Source: Chloroflexota bacterium
Lineage (GTDB): Bacteria > Chloroflexota > Dehalococcoidia > UBA2979
NCBI GenBank assembly: GCA_947472995.1
Contig: CANJBO010000003.1
Span: 22,917-86,916 of the forward strand
Reading direction: 5' to 3'
DNA: 64,000 nt
A program made the position numbers and the translations under genes. Under the pieces are notes generated by a model that was given only the letters and a program-made list of their open reading frames with translations, was not told the origin of the DNA and searched no databases. Positions 43,298 through 54,974 of the stretch are shown piece after piece; position 1 is the stretch's first letter, and the number at the start of each line of letters is the position of its first letter.

Positions 43298-44566
43298 GTG
43301 GACCACGACGAGGGTGCGCAACGAGATCAGGCACTCATGACCGCGCTCGACTCGCCCGAGGCCACCCCGTCCCGTCGAGGCTCCGCGATCGAGGTGCTGT
43401 GGGTCGCGCTGTGGCTCGGGCTCACCTCGTTCGGCGGGCCAGTCGCGCACCTCGGCTACTTCCGCGAGGAGTACGTGCAGCGCCGCCGCTGGCTGGACGA
43501 CCGGGCGTATGCGGACCTCGTCGCCCTCAGCCAGTTCCTGCCGGGGCCGGCGAGCAGCCAGGTCGGCATCGCGATCGGCACGGCGCGCGCAGGCTGGCTC
43601 GGCGGGCTGCTCGCGTGGGTCGGCTTCACGCTGCCCTCGGCGGTCGCGATGGCGCTCTTCGCGTTCGGGGTGACGAGGTTCGACCTCGCCGGCGCGGGCT
43701 GGCTGCACGGGCTGAAGGTCGCCGCCGTCGCGGTTGTCGCGAACGCGGTGTGGGGCATGGCGCCGGGCCTCGCCGCCGGCCGCGTCCGAGGCGCGATCGC
43801 GATCGGCGCCGCGTGCGTGGTGCTGCTCGTGCCCTCGTCGCTCGCGCAGATCGCCGTGATCGCGGCGGGCGGCGTCATCGGCTGGCGGCTCCTCGCCCGC
43901 CCGGCAGGCGAAGCGATGGCGGGCGACGAGGCCGGAGACGCGCTGCCGCACGGCAGCCGAGGTGTCGCGGCGGTGCTGCTCGTGGTGTTCTTCGCGCTCC
44001 TGCTCGGGCTGCCGCTGCTGCGGAGCGCGGTGCCGTCGCACGTTGTCGCGATGGTGGATGTCTACTACCGCGTCGCGTCGCTCGTGTTCGGCGGAGGGCA
44101 CGTGGTGCTGCCGCTGCTCCAGGCGGAGGTCGTGCCGCCGGGATGGGTGCCGGCCGACCAGTTCATCGCCGGCTACGGCGCGGCGCAGGCGGTGCCGGGG
44201 CCGCTGTTCTCCTTCGCGGCGTTCCTGGGCGCGGTGCAGGGGCCGTCGCCGAACGGCTGGCTCGGCGCCGCGGTCGCGCTCGGCGCGATCTACGTGCCCT
44301 CGTTCCTGCTCGTGTGGGGCGTGCTCCCGTTCTGGGCGCGCCTGCGGGAGGTCGAGGCGGTCCAGGCCGCCTCGCGCGGGATGGGCGCGGTGGTGGTCGG
44401 CGTGCTGATCGCGGCGCTCTACACGCCGGTCTGGACGAGCGCGATCCTCGGCCCGGCGGACCTCGCGCTGGCGCTCGTGTGCCTCGGGATGCTCGCGGTG
44501 TGGCGGCTGCCGCCGTGGACGGTCGTCGCGTTCGCCGCGGCGGCGGGGATGCTGCTGGCGCGCTGA
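43298..44566 (+). CDS. chrA: chromate ion transporter (CHR) family protein, two-domain long form
   Basis: LGLTSFGGPVAHLGYFREEYV...LSQFLPGPASSQ, and in the second half FGGGHVVLPLL...GYGAAQAVPGPLFSFAAF. The start (GTG 43298 or ATG 43337) is uncertain. Confidence 0.8.
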   Translation: MDHDEGAQRDQALMTALDSPEATPSRRGSAIEVLWVALWLGLTSFGGPVAHLGYFREEYVQRRRWLDDRAYADLVALSQFLPGPASSQVGIAIGTARAGWLGGLLAWVGFTLPSAVAMALFAFGVTRFDLAGAGWLHGLKVAAVAVVANAVWGMAPGLAAGRVRGAIAIGAACVVLLVPSSLAQIAVIAAGGVIGWRLLARPAGEAMAGDEAGDALPHGSRGVAAVLLVVFFALLLGLPLLRSAVPSHVVAMVDVYYRVASLVFGGGHVVLPLLQAEVVPPGWVPADQFIAGYGAAQAVPGPLFSFAAFLGAVQGPSPNGWLGAAVALGAIYVPSFLLVWGVLPFWARLREVEAVQAASRGMGAVVVGVLIAALYTPVWTSAILGPADLALALVCLGMLAVWRLPPWTVVAFAAAAGMLLAR

Positions 44567-44607
44567 CAACCTTGACGTCCCGGCCATGTGTCAGTATCTT
44601 CTGACAG

Positions 44608-44976
44608 GTGATAGACGAACGTGACGTATCGACGAACCACGGCGCGGACGCCGGCACGGCGGCGGCGATCGCCGCCCTCGCCAACCCGGTGCGCCTGCGG
44701 ATCATCGGCGAGCTGTTCGAGGCACGCGAGTACGTGAGCGAGCTGGCGCGCCGGCTCCAGATCGGCCGCCCGTTGCTGCACATGCACCTGCGCCGCCTCG
44801 AGGAGGCCGGGCTGGTGCAGAGCACGCTCGAGCTGTCACCGCAGGGCAAGGCGATGCGCTTCTACGTCGTCGCGCCGTTCGACATCCGCCTCACGCCGGC
44901 GTCGGTCGCCGCCGTGGGGAAGTCGATCGTGCTCGATGCGGCCGTCGCCACGACAACCAGAGAGACGGGAGCCTGA
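44608..44976 (+). CDS. ArsR-family winged-helix transcriptional regulator
   Basis: LANPVRLRIIGELFEAREYVSELARRLQIGRPLLHMHLRRLEEAGLV is the ArsR/SmtB HTH pattern. Confidence 0.8.
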   Translation: MIDERDVSTNHGADAGTAAAIAALANPVRLRIIGELFEAREYVSELARRLQIGRPLLHMHLRRLEEAGLVQSTLELSPQGKAMRFYVVAPFDIRLTPASVAAVGKSIVLDAAVATTTRETGA

Positions 44977-44978
44977 CG

Positions 44979-45221
44979 ATGGAACTAGCGGTGGTATTCG
45001 GCGCGATCGCCGCGATGGTGATGATCGTCGCGACGCAGGCGGCGGCGGTGCTCAAGACGCGCGCGGTCAGCGCCCACGATGCCGAGTACCGGCAGCTCCT
45101 GCGCGAGGTGAACGAGGCGCAGCAGCGCGTCGCGGAGTCGCTCGACCGGACCGTCGCCGAGATCGCGTCGCTGCGGACGCGCATCGAGTCGACCGAGCGG
45201 CTGCTGCAAGAGGTCGGCTAG
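44979..45221 (+). CDS. small membrane-anchored coiled-coil protein
   Basis: 80 aa. One N-terminal TM helix (MELAVVFGAIAAMVMIVATQAAAV) followed by a heptad-like helical tail. It starts 2 nt after the arsR-family stop. Confidence 0.55.
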   Translation: MELAVVFGAIAAMVMIVATQAAAVLKTRAVSAHDAEYRQLLREVNEAQQRVAESLDRTVAEIASLRTRIESTERLLQEVG

Positions 45222-46291
45222 CGGGGCGCGCAGCCGAGCGCGCCGTCGCCCCAGCAGAACGAGTCGAACGCCCAGTCCATCAGCCTCGTCGTGTCCTGGT
45301 TGCGCAGTGGTGCGTTCAGCACCACCACGATCACGCGATGCCCGTTGCGCGTCGCCGAGGCGGCGAGCGTCGCGCCGGCCTCCTCCGTGAACCCGCTCTT
45401 GATCCCGTCCGCGCCGCGGTAGGTGAACATCCACGGGTTGGTGTTGCCGACCGTGATCGTGCGCGAGCCGACCGCGCGGTACTCATCGGTATGCGCCGCC
45501 TGCGCGAACAGCGGCTGGCGCAGCGCGTACCTCGACAGCATCGCCATGTCGTAGGCGGTGGAGCGGTGGAGCGGCCCGCCGACGCCGTGTGGGTCGATGA
45601 ACTTCGTGTCGAACAGGCCCAGGCTCTCCATGAACGCGTTCATCTCGCGCACGTACGCGCCCTCCGAGCCGGAGATGGCATGCGCGATGGCGAGCGAGGC
45701 GTCCGCGCCGGAGGGCAGCAGCATCCCGTAGATCAGGTCCCGCAGCTTGAAGCGGTCGCCCTGCTCCAGGCCCATCTCCGTCGCGTCGTCCAGCGCTTCG
45801 TTGTCGAGCGGGAAGTCGATGGTGACGACCGCGTCGAGCTTGCCTCGATCGATCGCGAGGGCGGCCGTGGCGATCTTCGTCAGGCTGGCGGGGGGCAGGC
45901 TCAGGCGCGACTGGTGGTCGAACAGCACCGCCCCGCTCGCGTCGTCGACGACGATCGCCGCCTGCGCGCTGAGCACCGGCGGGGCGACGCGGACCGGCTG
46001 CGTCGGCGGGGCGCCCTGCGGCGGCGGGACGAGGTGCACGACGCGTGGCTTCGCTCCCGGCGTGCCGGCGGGGCTCGCGCCGGCGCCGGTGGAGGCGCTC
46101 GACGGCGCGCTCGCGGGGGCGCTGGCGGAGGTGAGGACGCTGCCGTTGACGCGCGTCTCCGTCGCGGAGGCGCTGCCGTTGCAGCCGGCGAGCAGGAGCG
46201 CCGTGGCGATCGCGAGCGCGGCCATCGAGGCGGCGCGTGCGCGCGGGAGCGAGGCTCGGAGCGTGCGGGGTCGCGGCGTGTGCGCGGTCAC
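45218..46291 (-). CDS. D-alanyl-D-alanine carboxypeptidase (peptidase S11), lipoprotein
   Basis: GTG 46291. ALAIATALLLAGC is a lipobox, followed by an Ala/Ser/Pro linker. Contains PPASLTKIATA (SxxK), LPSGADA (SxN-like) and ADGIKSGFT (KTG-like). Confidence 0.8.
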   Translation of the reverse strand: MTAHTPRPRTLRASLPRARAASMAALAIATALLLAGCNGSASATETRVNGSVLTSASAPASAPSSASTGAGASPAGTPGAKPRVVHLVPPPQGAPPTQPVRVAPPVLSAQAAIVVDDASGAVLFDHQSRLSLPPASLTKIATAALAIDRGKLDAVVTIDFPLDNEALDDATEMGLEQGDRFKLRDLIYGMLLPSGADASLAIAHAISGSEGAYVREMNAFMESLGLFDTKFIDPHGVGGPLHRSTAYDMAMLSRYALRQPLFAQAAHTDEYRAVGSRTITVGNTNPWMFTYRGADGIKSGFTEEAGATLAASATRNGHRVIVVVLNAPLRNQDTTRLMDWAFDSFCWGDGALGCAPR

Positions 46292-46335
46292 GTGAAGACG
46301 ACGCCTCTCACCAGCCCGGCCCCGCGCGCAAAACG

Positions 46336-47166
46336 TTACCGTCCCGCGCGCGCCTCGTCCACATCGATCGGCGTTGCAGATGCGGCGGCGCCGCCGGGGT
46401 GCCGCAGCGCGTGGAGCACGCGCGCCTCCAGCTCGACGAACGCGAGGTCCGCGAAGGCGTCGAGGCGGCGCGGGCGGGGCAGCGGCACCTCGATGACCGC
46501 GGCCACCGAGGCGGGGCGGGGCGTGAGGACGACGATGCGGTCGGAGAGCAGCACGGCCTCGCGCACGTCGTGCGTCACCAGCAGCACGGTCCAGCCGAAC
46601 TCGGACGACACGCCGGCGAGCCACTCCTGCATCTCCATGCGCGTCAGCGCGTCGAGCGCGCCGAACGGCTCGTCGAGGAGCAGGATCGGCCGCTCCTGCA
46701 CGACGGTCCGCAGCAGCGCCGCGCGCTGGCGCATGCCGCCGGACAGCGTGTGCGGGTACGCGCGCTCGAAGCCCGCGAGGCCGAAGCGCGGGAACAGTGC
46801 CGTCGCACGCGCGCGCGCCTCCTGGCGCGGCACGCCGCGCACCTCGAGGCCCAGCGTGGTGTTGTCCAGCACGCGCCGCCACGGGAACAGCAGGTCCTGC
46901 TGCGGCATGTAGGCGAACGCGTCCGTGTGCGCGTCGAGGCCGTCGACGGGCGTCCCGTCGACGCGCACCTCGCCGGCGTCGGCTTCCTCGAGGCCCGCGA
47001 TGATGTTGAAGAGCGTGCTCTTGCCGCAGCCGCTCGGCCCGATCACGCTCACGAACTCGCCGGGGCGCGCCTCGACATCGATGCCGTCGAGGACCTCGAC
47101 GGTGCGGTCGCCGTCGACGAAGCGCTTGCGGATGGCGTGGGCGTGCAGGCGTGCGGGCGCGGTCAT
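46336..47166 (-). CDS. thiZ: ABC ATP-binding protein of NitT/TauT family, thiamine-pyrimidine salvage transporter ThiZ-like
   Basis: ATG 47166 overlaps the permease stop (ATGA). GPSGCGKSTLFNII, LSGGMRQRAALLR and ILLLDEPFGALD are present. It is the last transporter gene of the thi operon. Confidence 0.8.
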   Translation of the reverse strand: MTAPARLHAHAIRKRFVDGDRTVEVLDGIDVEARPGEFVSVIGPSGCGKSTLFNIIAGLEEADAGEVRVDGTPVDGLDAHTDAFAYMPQQDLLFPWRRVLDNTTLGLEVRGVPRQEARARATALFPRFGLAGFERAYPHTLSGGMRQRAALLRTVVQERPILLLDEPFGALDALTRMEMQEWLAGVSSEFGWTVLLVTHDVREAVLLSDRIVVLTPRPASVAAVIEVPLPRPRRLDAFADLAFVELEARVLHALRHPGGAAASATPIDVDEARAGR

Positions 47167-47948
47167 CGAGCGCTCCGGCCGTGCGAGGCGCGCGCGGCGG
47201 CATGCCACGGGATCGCGGCGCGCTCGACGGCGTAGGTCGCGAGGAACAGCGTGACGCTGATCGCGGCGGTGACGACGACGGCCGCCATCACGAGGTCGGT
47301 GCGGAACGAGTTCTGCTGGAGCTGCATGAAGATGCCGAGGCCGCTCTTCGCGCCGACGTACTCGGCGAAGATCGCGCCGACCACGGCGTAGGTGATCGCG
47401 ATGCGCAGCCCGGAGAAGAACGACGGCAGCGCCCCCGGCATGCGCGCCAGCCGGAACACCTGCCAGCGGCTGGCGCCCATCGAGCGCAGCAGGTTCGAGG
47501 CGGCACGCTCTGTCGCGGCGAAGCCATCGACCCAGCCGACGGTGATCGGGAAGAACGTGACGAGCGCGACCACGAGCGCCTTCGGCAGCACGCCGAAGCC
47601 GAACCACAGCACGAGCAGCGGCGCGACGGCGACCACCGGGATCGCCTGCGACGCCACCAGCACCGGGTACAGCGCGCGTCGCACGATCGTCGAGAAGTCG
47701 ATCGCGCACGCCGTCAGCGTGCCGACGAGGATCGCGAGCGAGAAGCCGAGGGCGGTCTCGCGCAGCGTCGGCAGCGTGTGCGTCCAGATCAGGTCGCGGA
47801 ACGCCCAGCCCTCGGCCAGCACGCGGCTCGGCGCGGGGAGCACCTGCGGGCGCACGCCCGAGGCGCGCGCGTACGCCTCCCATGCCACGACGATCGCGAG
47901 GCCGAGCAGCAGCGCGGGCAGTACCGACACGAGCGATCGCGACGTCAT
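47163..47948 (-). CDS. thiX: ABC permease of NitT/TauT family, ThiX-like
   Basis: Polytopic, with an EAA-like loop (MGASRWQVFRLARMPGALPSFFSGLRIA). Confidence 0.8.
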   Translation of the reverse strand: MTSRSLVSVLPALLLGLAIVVAWEAYARASGVRPQVLPAPSRVLAEGWAFRDLIWTHTLPTLRETALGFSLAILVGTLTACAIDFSTIVRRALYPVLVASQAIPVVAVAPLLVLWFGFGVLPKALVVALVTFFPITVGWVDGFAATERAASNLLRSMGASRWQVFRLARMPGALPSFFSGLRIAITYAVVGAIFAEYVGAKSGLGIFMQLQQNSFRTDLVMAAVVVTAAISVTLFLATYAVERAAIPWHAAARASHGRSAR

Positions 47949-47964
47949 CGGGGCACGCCGCGCG

Positions 47965-49010
47965 CTACAGCAGGTCGTTCGTGAAGTAGGTGGACCAGTC
48001 GGGCTCCTTCGTCAGCGGCTTGCCCTGCGCGTCGACGAGCGAGCCGGTGCCGTAGAGGAACCTCGAGTAGCCGCTCCACCGCTCCTTCGTCTGCGTGCCG
48101 AACTTGCCGCTGCCGTCGAGGTAGAAGTCCTTCGCGAGCATCGCGGCGCTGCGCTCGACGAGCTCGGGGACGGTGAACGCGCCGGGGTTCGCGGCGATCA
48201 GGTGCTGCGCGCCCTCGTGTGGCTGCTTCGCCGCGAACTCGAAGCCGCGCACGGTCGCCTGCACGAAGCGCCGCGCGAGGTCGCGGTGCTTCGTCGCCCA
48301 CTCCTCGTTCGCCGCGAGCACCACCTGGTAGAAGTCGGGGAAGCCGTAGTCGGTGTAGCGGAACGTGCGCAGCTCCTGGTGATGCAGGTCGGCCTCGATG
48401 CCCTCCCACGTCACGAACGGCACGGTGAAGTCTGCCGCGCCGGCGTAGAGCGCCTCGTACGCGGCGGTCTTCAGCGTCACCACCTCGAACGTGCCGGTGC
48501 CGCCGGCGGCGCGGATCACGTGCTGGAGCGTCGGCACCTCGTACGGCAGGCCGAAGCCGGCGTACGTCTTCCCGTCGAGGTCCTTCGGGGTCCTGATGTC
48601 GGTGCGGCCGGCCTTCACCGCGATCGCCGTCGCGATGTGCTGGAGGATCGCGGCCGTCGAGACGACCGGCAGCCCGGCGGCGCGCGCGAACACCAGCGAG
48701 TCCTGGAACGCGATGCCGAAGTCCGCCTGTCCCGCGCCGATCAGCGTCTCGGCGGCGGTGCCGGAGTAGGGCAGCACCTCCAGGTAGATGCCGGCCTGGC
48801 GGTACCAGCCCATGCGGTCGGCGACGAAGAACCCCGTGTGGTTGGTGTTGGGCGTCCAGTCCAGCGCCAGCCGTACGCGGTCCAGCTTCGACCCGTCGTC
48901 CGCGCGGTCCGCGCGCGGCGCGCAGCCGATCGCGGCGAGCCCGGCGACGCCGAGGCTCCCCGCCCCCAGCGCGATCGCGGATCGACGCGACCAGCGTCGT
49001 GGTGTGTTCG

Positions 49011-49014
<4 letters not shown>
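47965..49014 (-). CDS. thiY: NMT1/THI5-like substrate-binding protein, ThiY-like (HMP/formylaminopyrimidine binding)
   Basis: ATG 49014 overlaps the upstream stop (ATGA). The Tat signal is RRWSRRSAIALGAGSLGVAGLAAIGC. LDWTPNTNHTGFFVA is typical of NMT1/THI5-like proteins. Confidence 0.75.
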
Positions 49015-51901
<2,887 letters not shown>

Positions 51902-51905
<4 letters not shown>

Positions 51906-52567
51906 GCGCGCGCCGCCGCTCGTGCCGCCAGCGCGGCGTCGAGCGCCTCGCGGCAGCGCTGCGTCGCCTCGGTCGGGTCGTCGGCGGAGACGACGGCGGA
52001 CAGCACGGCGACGCCGTACGCGCCCGCGGCGATGACCTCGGCGATGCGCTCGGGCGTGATGCTGCCGATCGCGACGACCGGGACGGGCGAGTCGGCGCAG
52101 ATGCGCGAGAGGGTGTCGAGGCCCATGTCCGGCGCGGGATTCGCCTTCGAGCGCGTGCCGTAGATCGGGCCGACGCCGATGTAGTCGATGTCCGTCGCCC
52201 AGACGGTCGTCGCCTCCTCGTACGAGTTCGCCGTGCCGCCGATGATCACGCCCGGCCCGACGATGCGCCGCGCGGTCGCGACGTCGAGGTCATTCCGCCC
52301 GAGGTGCAGCGCGTCCGCCCCGACCGCCAGCGCGACGTCCGCAAAGTCATCGATCAGCAGCATCGAGCCATCCGCGCGGCAGGCATCGAGGCAGGCGCGG
52401 GCGACCTCGACGCGCTCGCGCGTGGTCCACGGGCGCTTCTCGCGGAACTGCACGGCGTCCGCGCCGCCCGCCGCGGCCATCGCCGCCAGCGCGGCATGGG
52501 CGTGGCGCGTCTGCACCGTCTCGTCGGTGATCACCTGCAATCGCGGGATGACGAGGGTGGTGGTCAC
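51902..52567 (-). CDS. thiE: thiamine-phosphate synthase
   Basis: GTG 52567 overlaps the thiD stop (GTGA). LQVITDE, VQFREK, LHLGRNDL, IGGTANS, YIGVGPIYGTRSK, PVVAIGSI and GVAVLSAV. Confidence 0.9.
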
Positions 52568-53409
52568 TCGGTCTCCTCGGCGATCACGCCCAGCGTGGCG
52601 AGCCACGGGGCGGCGGCGTCGCGTTCGCGCAGGTAGAAGAAGTGGTCGGTCGGGCCGGCGCCGCCGCCGAGGCCGGGCGCGTGGCGGATCGCCTCCGTGA
52701 GGTACGCCTTCGCGATCCCCACGGCGTCCTCGAGGTCGCGGCCGTGCGCGAGCTGCGTCGCGAGCGCCGCGGAGAACGTGCAGCCCGTGCCGTGCGTGTC
52801 GGTCGTCTCGATGAACTCGCCCTCGTACACGCGCGAGCCGCTCGCGTAGAGCAGCAGGTCGGTGCCGGGGCGCTCCTCGAGGTGGCCGCCCTTCAGCACG
52901 ACGGCGCGCGGGCCCTGCTCGAGGATGCGCGTGGCCGCGATGCGCGCGTCCTCCAGCGTCGCGATCGTCATCTCCGCGAGGATCTGCGCCTCGTGGATGT
53001 TCGGGGTCACGACCTCGGCCAGTGGCAGCAGGTCGACGCGGAGCGCCTCGATCGCCTGCTGCTGGAGCAGCGGGAAGCCGGACTTCGACACCATCACGGG
53101 GTCCAGCACGTAGTGGGGCGGGTGATAACGGCGGATCGCCGCCGCGACGACCTCGACGCGCTCGCGGTCGGCGAGCATGCCGCTCTTCACGGCATCCGGG
53201 GTGAAGTCGCTGAAGACGGCGGCGAACTGCGCCTCGATCAGGTCGGCCGGGAGGCTGTACGCGGCGGTCACGGCGCGGGTGTTCTGCGCGGTGACCGAGG
53301 TGAGCACGGTGAGGCCGTACGCGCCGTTGGCGGCGATCGACTTGAGGTCGGCCTGGATGCCCGCCCCCGCCCCGCTGTCGGAGCCGGCGATCGTCAACAC
53401 CGTGCGCAC
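52564..53409 (-). CDS. thiD: hydroxymethylpyrimidine/phosphomethylpyrimidine kinase
   Basis: GTG 53409 follows AGGAGG. VLTIAGSDSGAGAGIQADLK, TSVTAQNT, VLDPVMVSKSG and THGTGCTFSAA. Confidence 0.92.
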   Translation of the reverse strand: MRTVLTIAGSDSGAGAGIQADLKSIAANGAYGLTVLTSVTAQNTRAVTAAYSLPADLIEAQFAAVFSDFTPDAVKSGMLADRERVEVVAAAIRRYHPPHYVLDPVMVSKSGFPLLQQQAIEALRVDLLPLAEVVTPNIHEAQILAEMTIATLEDARIAATRILEQGPRAVVLKGGHLEERPGTDLLLYASGSRVYEGEFIETTDTHGTGCTFSAALATQLAHGRDLEDAVGIAKAYLTEAIRHAPGLGGGAGPTDHFFYLRERDAAAPWLATLGVIAEETE

Positions 53410-53479
53410 GTCTGCCTCCTGCTCGCAGGCACGGCGACGAGGCGACGATCAGACATTCGAGGCGCACGGGACGAGGTCC

Positions 53480-53575
53480 GCGAGCGCACATCCCTCCGCC
53501 GGCATTACCCGGATCAGGTTCGCGGGTCTGATCTCAGGCCGGAGACGGACTCGTCCCGACCACCCCGTGTGCTGT
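53480..53575 (-). promoter_or_regulatory. TPP (THI-box) riboswitch
   Basis: The minus-strand transcript reads CACGGGGUGGUCGGGACGAGUCCGUCUCCGGCCUGAGAUCAGACCCGCGAACCUGAUCCGGGUAAUGCCGGCGGAGGGAUG. It contains the GGGGUG, CUGAGA and ACCUGAUCCGGGUAAUGCCGGCG...AGGGA cores of the TPP aptamer, about 70 nt upstream of thiD. Confidence 0.9.
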
Positions 53576-53840
53576 GCTGGCTCGAATCTACCACGAACGT
53601 CGCGCATGCAGCTCGCGCTCAGGAGGTTCCGAGTATCAGCCAGGGTCCCCCAACTTCCGCAGGGGCGTGGGGGCGGAGTCCCCACGCCTTCCTTCAGAAC
53701 CCCTCCCGCGCCCGGGAGGGGCAGGGGTGGGCCGCGGGGCGGCAACTACGAGGAGGCAGCGATGAGGACAACGGGTTGTAAGCGATCGACGAGATGACGA
53801 GCGCTGCGTGCATCGAGCGTTCACGCAGGGTGCCACGTGC

Positions 53841-53867
53841 TTAGCACTCGCTCGCACCGAGTGCTAA
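53841..53867 (+). promoter_or_regulatory. perfect CIRCE (HrcA operator) element TTAGCACTC-N9-GAGTGCTAA
   Basis: Read directly: TTAGCACTC (53841..53849), gctcgcacc (9 nt), GAGTGCTAA (53859..53867). This is an 18/18 match to the CIRCE consensus, 50 nt upstream of the GTG 53917 start. Confidence 0.85.
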
Positions 53868-53916
53868 CCTCGTTCGGTTGGCATCGAGCGCATTCGCGGC
53901 AGCGAAGGAGCAGCAC

Positions 53917-54852
53917 GTGCACCCCGAGGTCCGTCTCATCGGTGACATCCCGCCGCTGCACCGGCCGCTGCTGATCGCCGCGTTCGACGGGCGCAACGGC
54001 GCTGCCGCCGTGGCCGCCCTCGCGTACCTTGCCGAGCAGTGGGACGCCCAGCCGGTCGCCGAGATCGAGATCGACCGCCACTTTGACTTCACCGTGGAGC
54101 GCCCCTGCGTCCGCACCGAGGACGGCGTGCGCGTGATCGACTGGCCCGACGCCCACTTCGCCGTTGCGCGCCCGCCGGGGGCCGACCGCGACGTCGTGCT
54201 GTTCGTCGGCGACGAGCCGCACCTGCGCTGGAGCGCTTACTCCGCGGCGTTCGCGTCCGTGGCAGAGGCGCTCGGCATCGAGCAGACCATGCTCCTGAAC
54301 GCGTACCAGGGCGGCGCCGCGCACACGCGGCCCATCCCGATCCACCTCGTAGGCGCCGACGAGGAGATGACCGAGCGCTTCGCGCTGCCCTCTCGCGCGC
54401 CGCGCTACCAGGGGCCGGCGTCGTTCGCGATGGCGCTGGCCGTGCAGGAGCGCGCGCAGGGGCGCGGCGGCTTCTCGCTCACCGTGACCGCGCCGTTCTA
54501 CGTCGTCGGCGACGCCAACCCGTACGGGATGCGCGCGCTCGTCCGCGCCCTCGACGGGGCGCTGGGGACCAGCACCGACCTCGAGCCCATCGACGGGCTG
54601 ATCGCCGAGGCGGAGATCGGGCTCATCGACGCGTTCGAGGAGCAGCCCGACCTGCGCAGCACCGTGCGCCAGCTCGAGGAGCAGTACGACCTGGCGATCC
54701 CGCTGGAGGAGACGTCCCGCCCCGCCGACGCCGTCGACCCCCACGCCGTCGTGGATGAGGTCGAGGCGTTCCTCCGCAGCCTGCGCGTCGCTCCGGACTC
54801 CGACCCCGCCGAGGGCGGTGCCCCCGAGTCAGGCGACGGACACCTCGTCTAG
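53917..54852 (+). CDS. PAC2 (proteasome assembly chaperone 2-like) family protein
   Basis: GTG 53917 follows GAAGGAG; the track start at TTG 53878 has no SD. PLLIAAFDGRNGAAAVAALAYL, FDFTVERPCV, VLFVGDEPHLRWS and LLNAYQGGAAHTRPIP fit the actinobacterial PAC2 pattern. The C-terminal tail is acidic. Confidence 0.7.
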   Translation: MHPEVRLIGDIPPLHRPLLIAAFDGRNGAAAVAALAYLAEQWDAQPVAEIEIDRHFDFTVERPCVRTEDGVRVIDWPDAHFAVARPPGADRDVVLFVGDEPHLRWSAYSAAFASVAEALGIEQTMLLNAYQGGAAHTRPIPIHLVGADEEMTERFALPSRAPRYQGPASFAMALAVQERAQGRGGFSLTVTAPFYVVGDANPYGMRALVRALDGALGTSTDLEPIDGLIAEAEIGLIDAFEEQPDLRSTVRQLEEQYDLAIPLEETSRPADAVDPHAVVDEVEAFLRSLRVAPDSDPAEGGAPESGDGHLV

Positions 54853-54974
54853 CCGCGAACCCTCGCCCGATCGAGCGAGGAGATTCGCGCGGTTCGCCTG
54901 ACCTGCAATGGCAAATCCGTTGCGTTTCGTGGTCAACTATCCCGAACTCGTTACGCCCCGGTAAGGCCTCCCTG

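Noticed and set aside
53570-53600. tRNA-like T-arm sequence GGCTCGAATCTACC
   Set aside because: No acceptor, D or anticodon arms can be built around it. It lies just upstream (5') of the TPP aptamer's start on the minus strand, within the thi promoter region.
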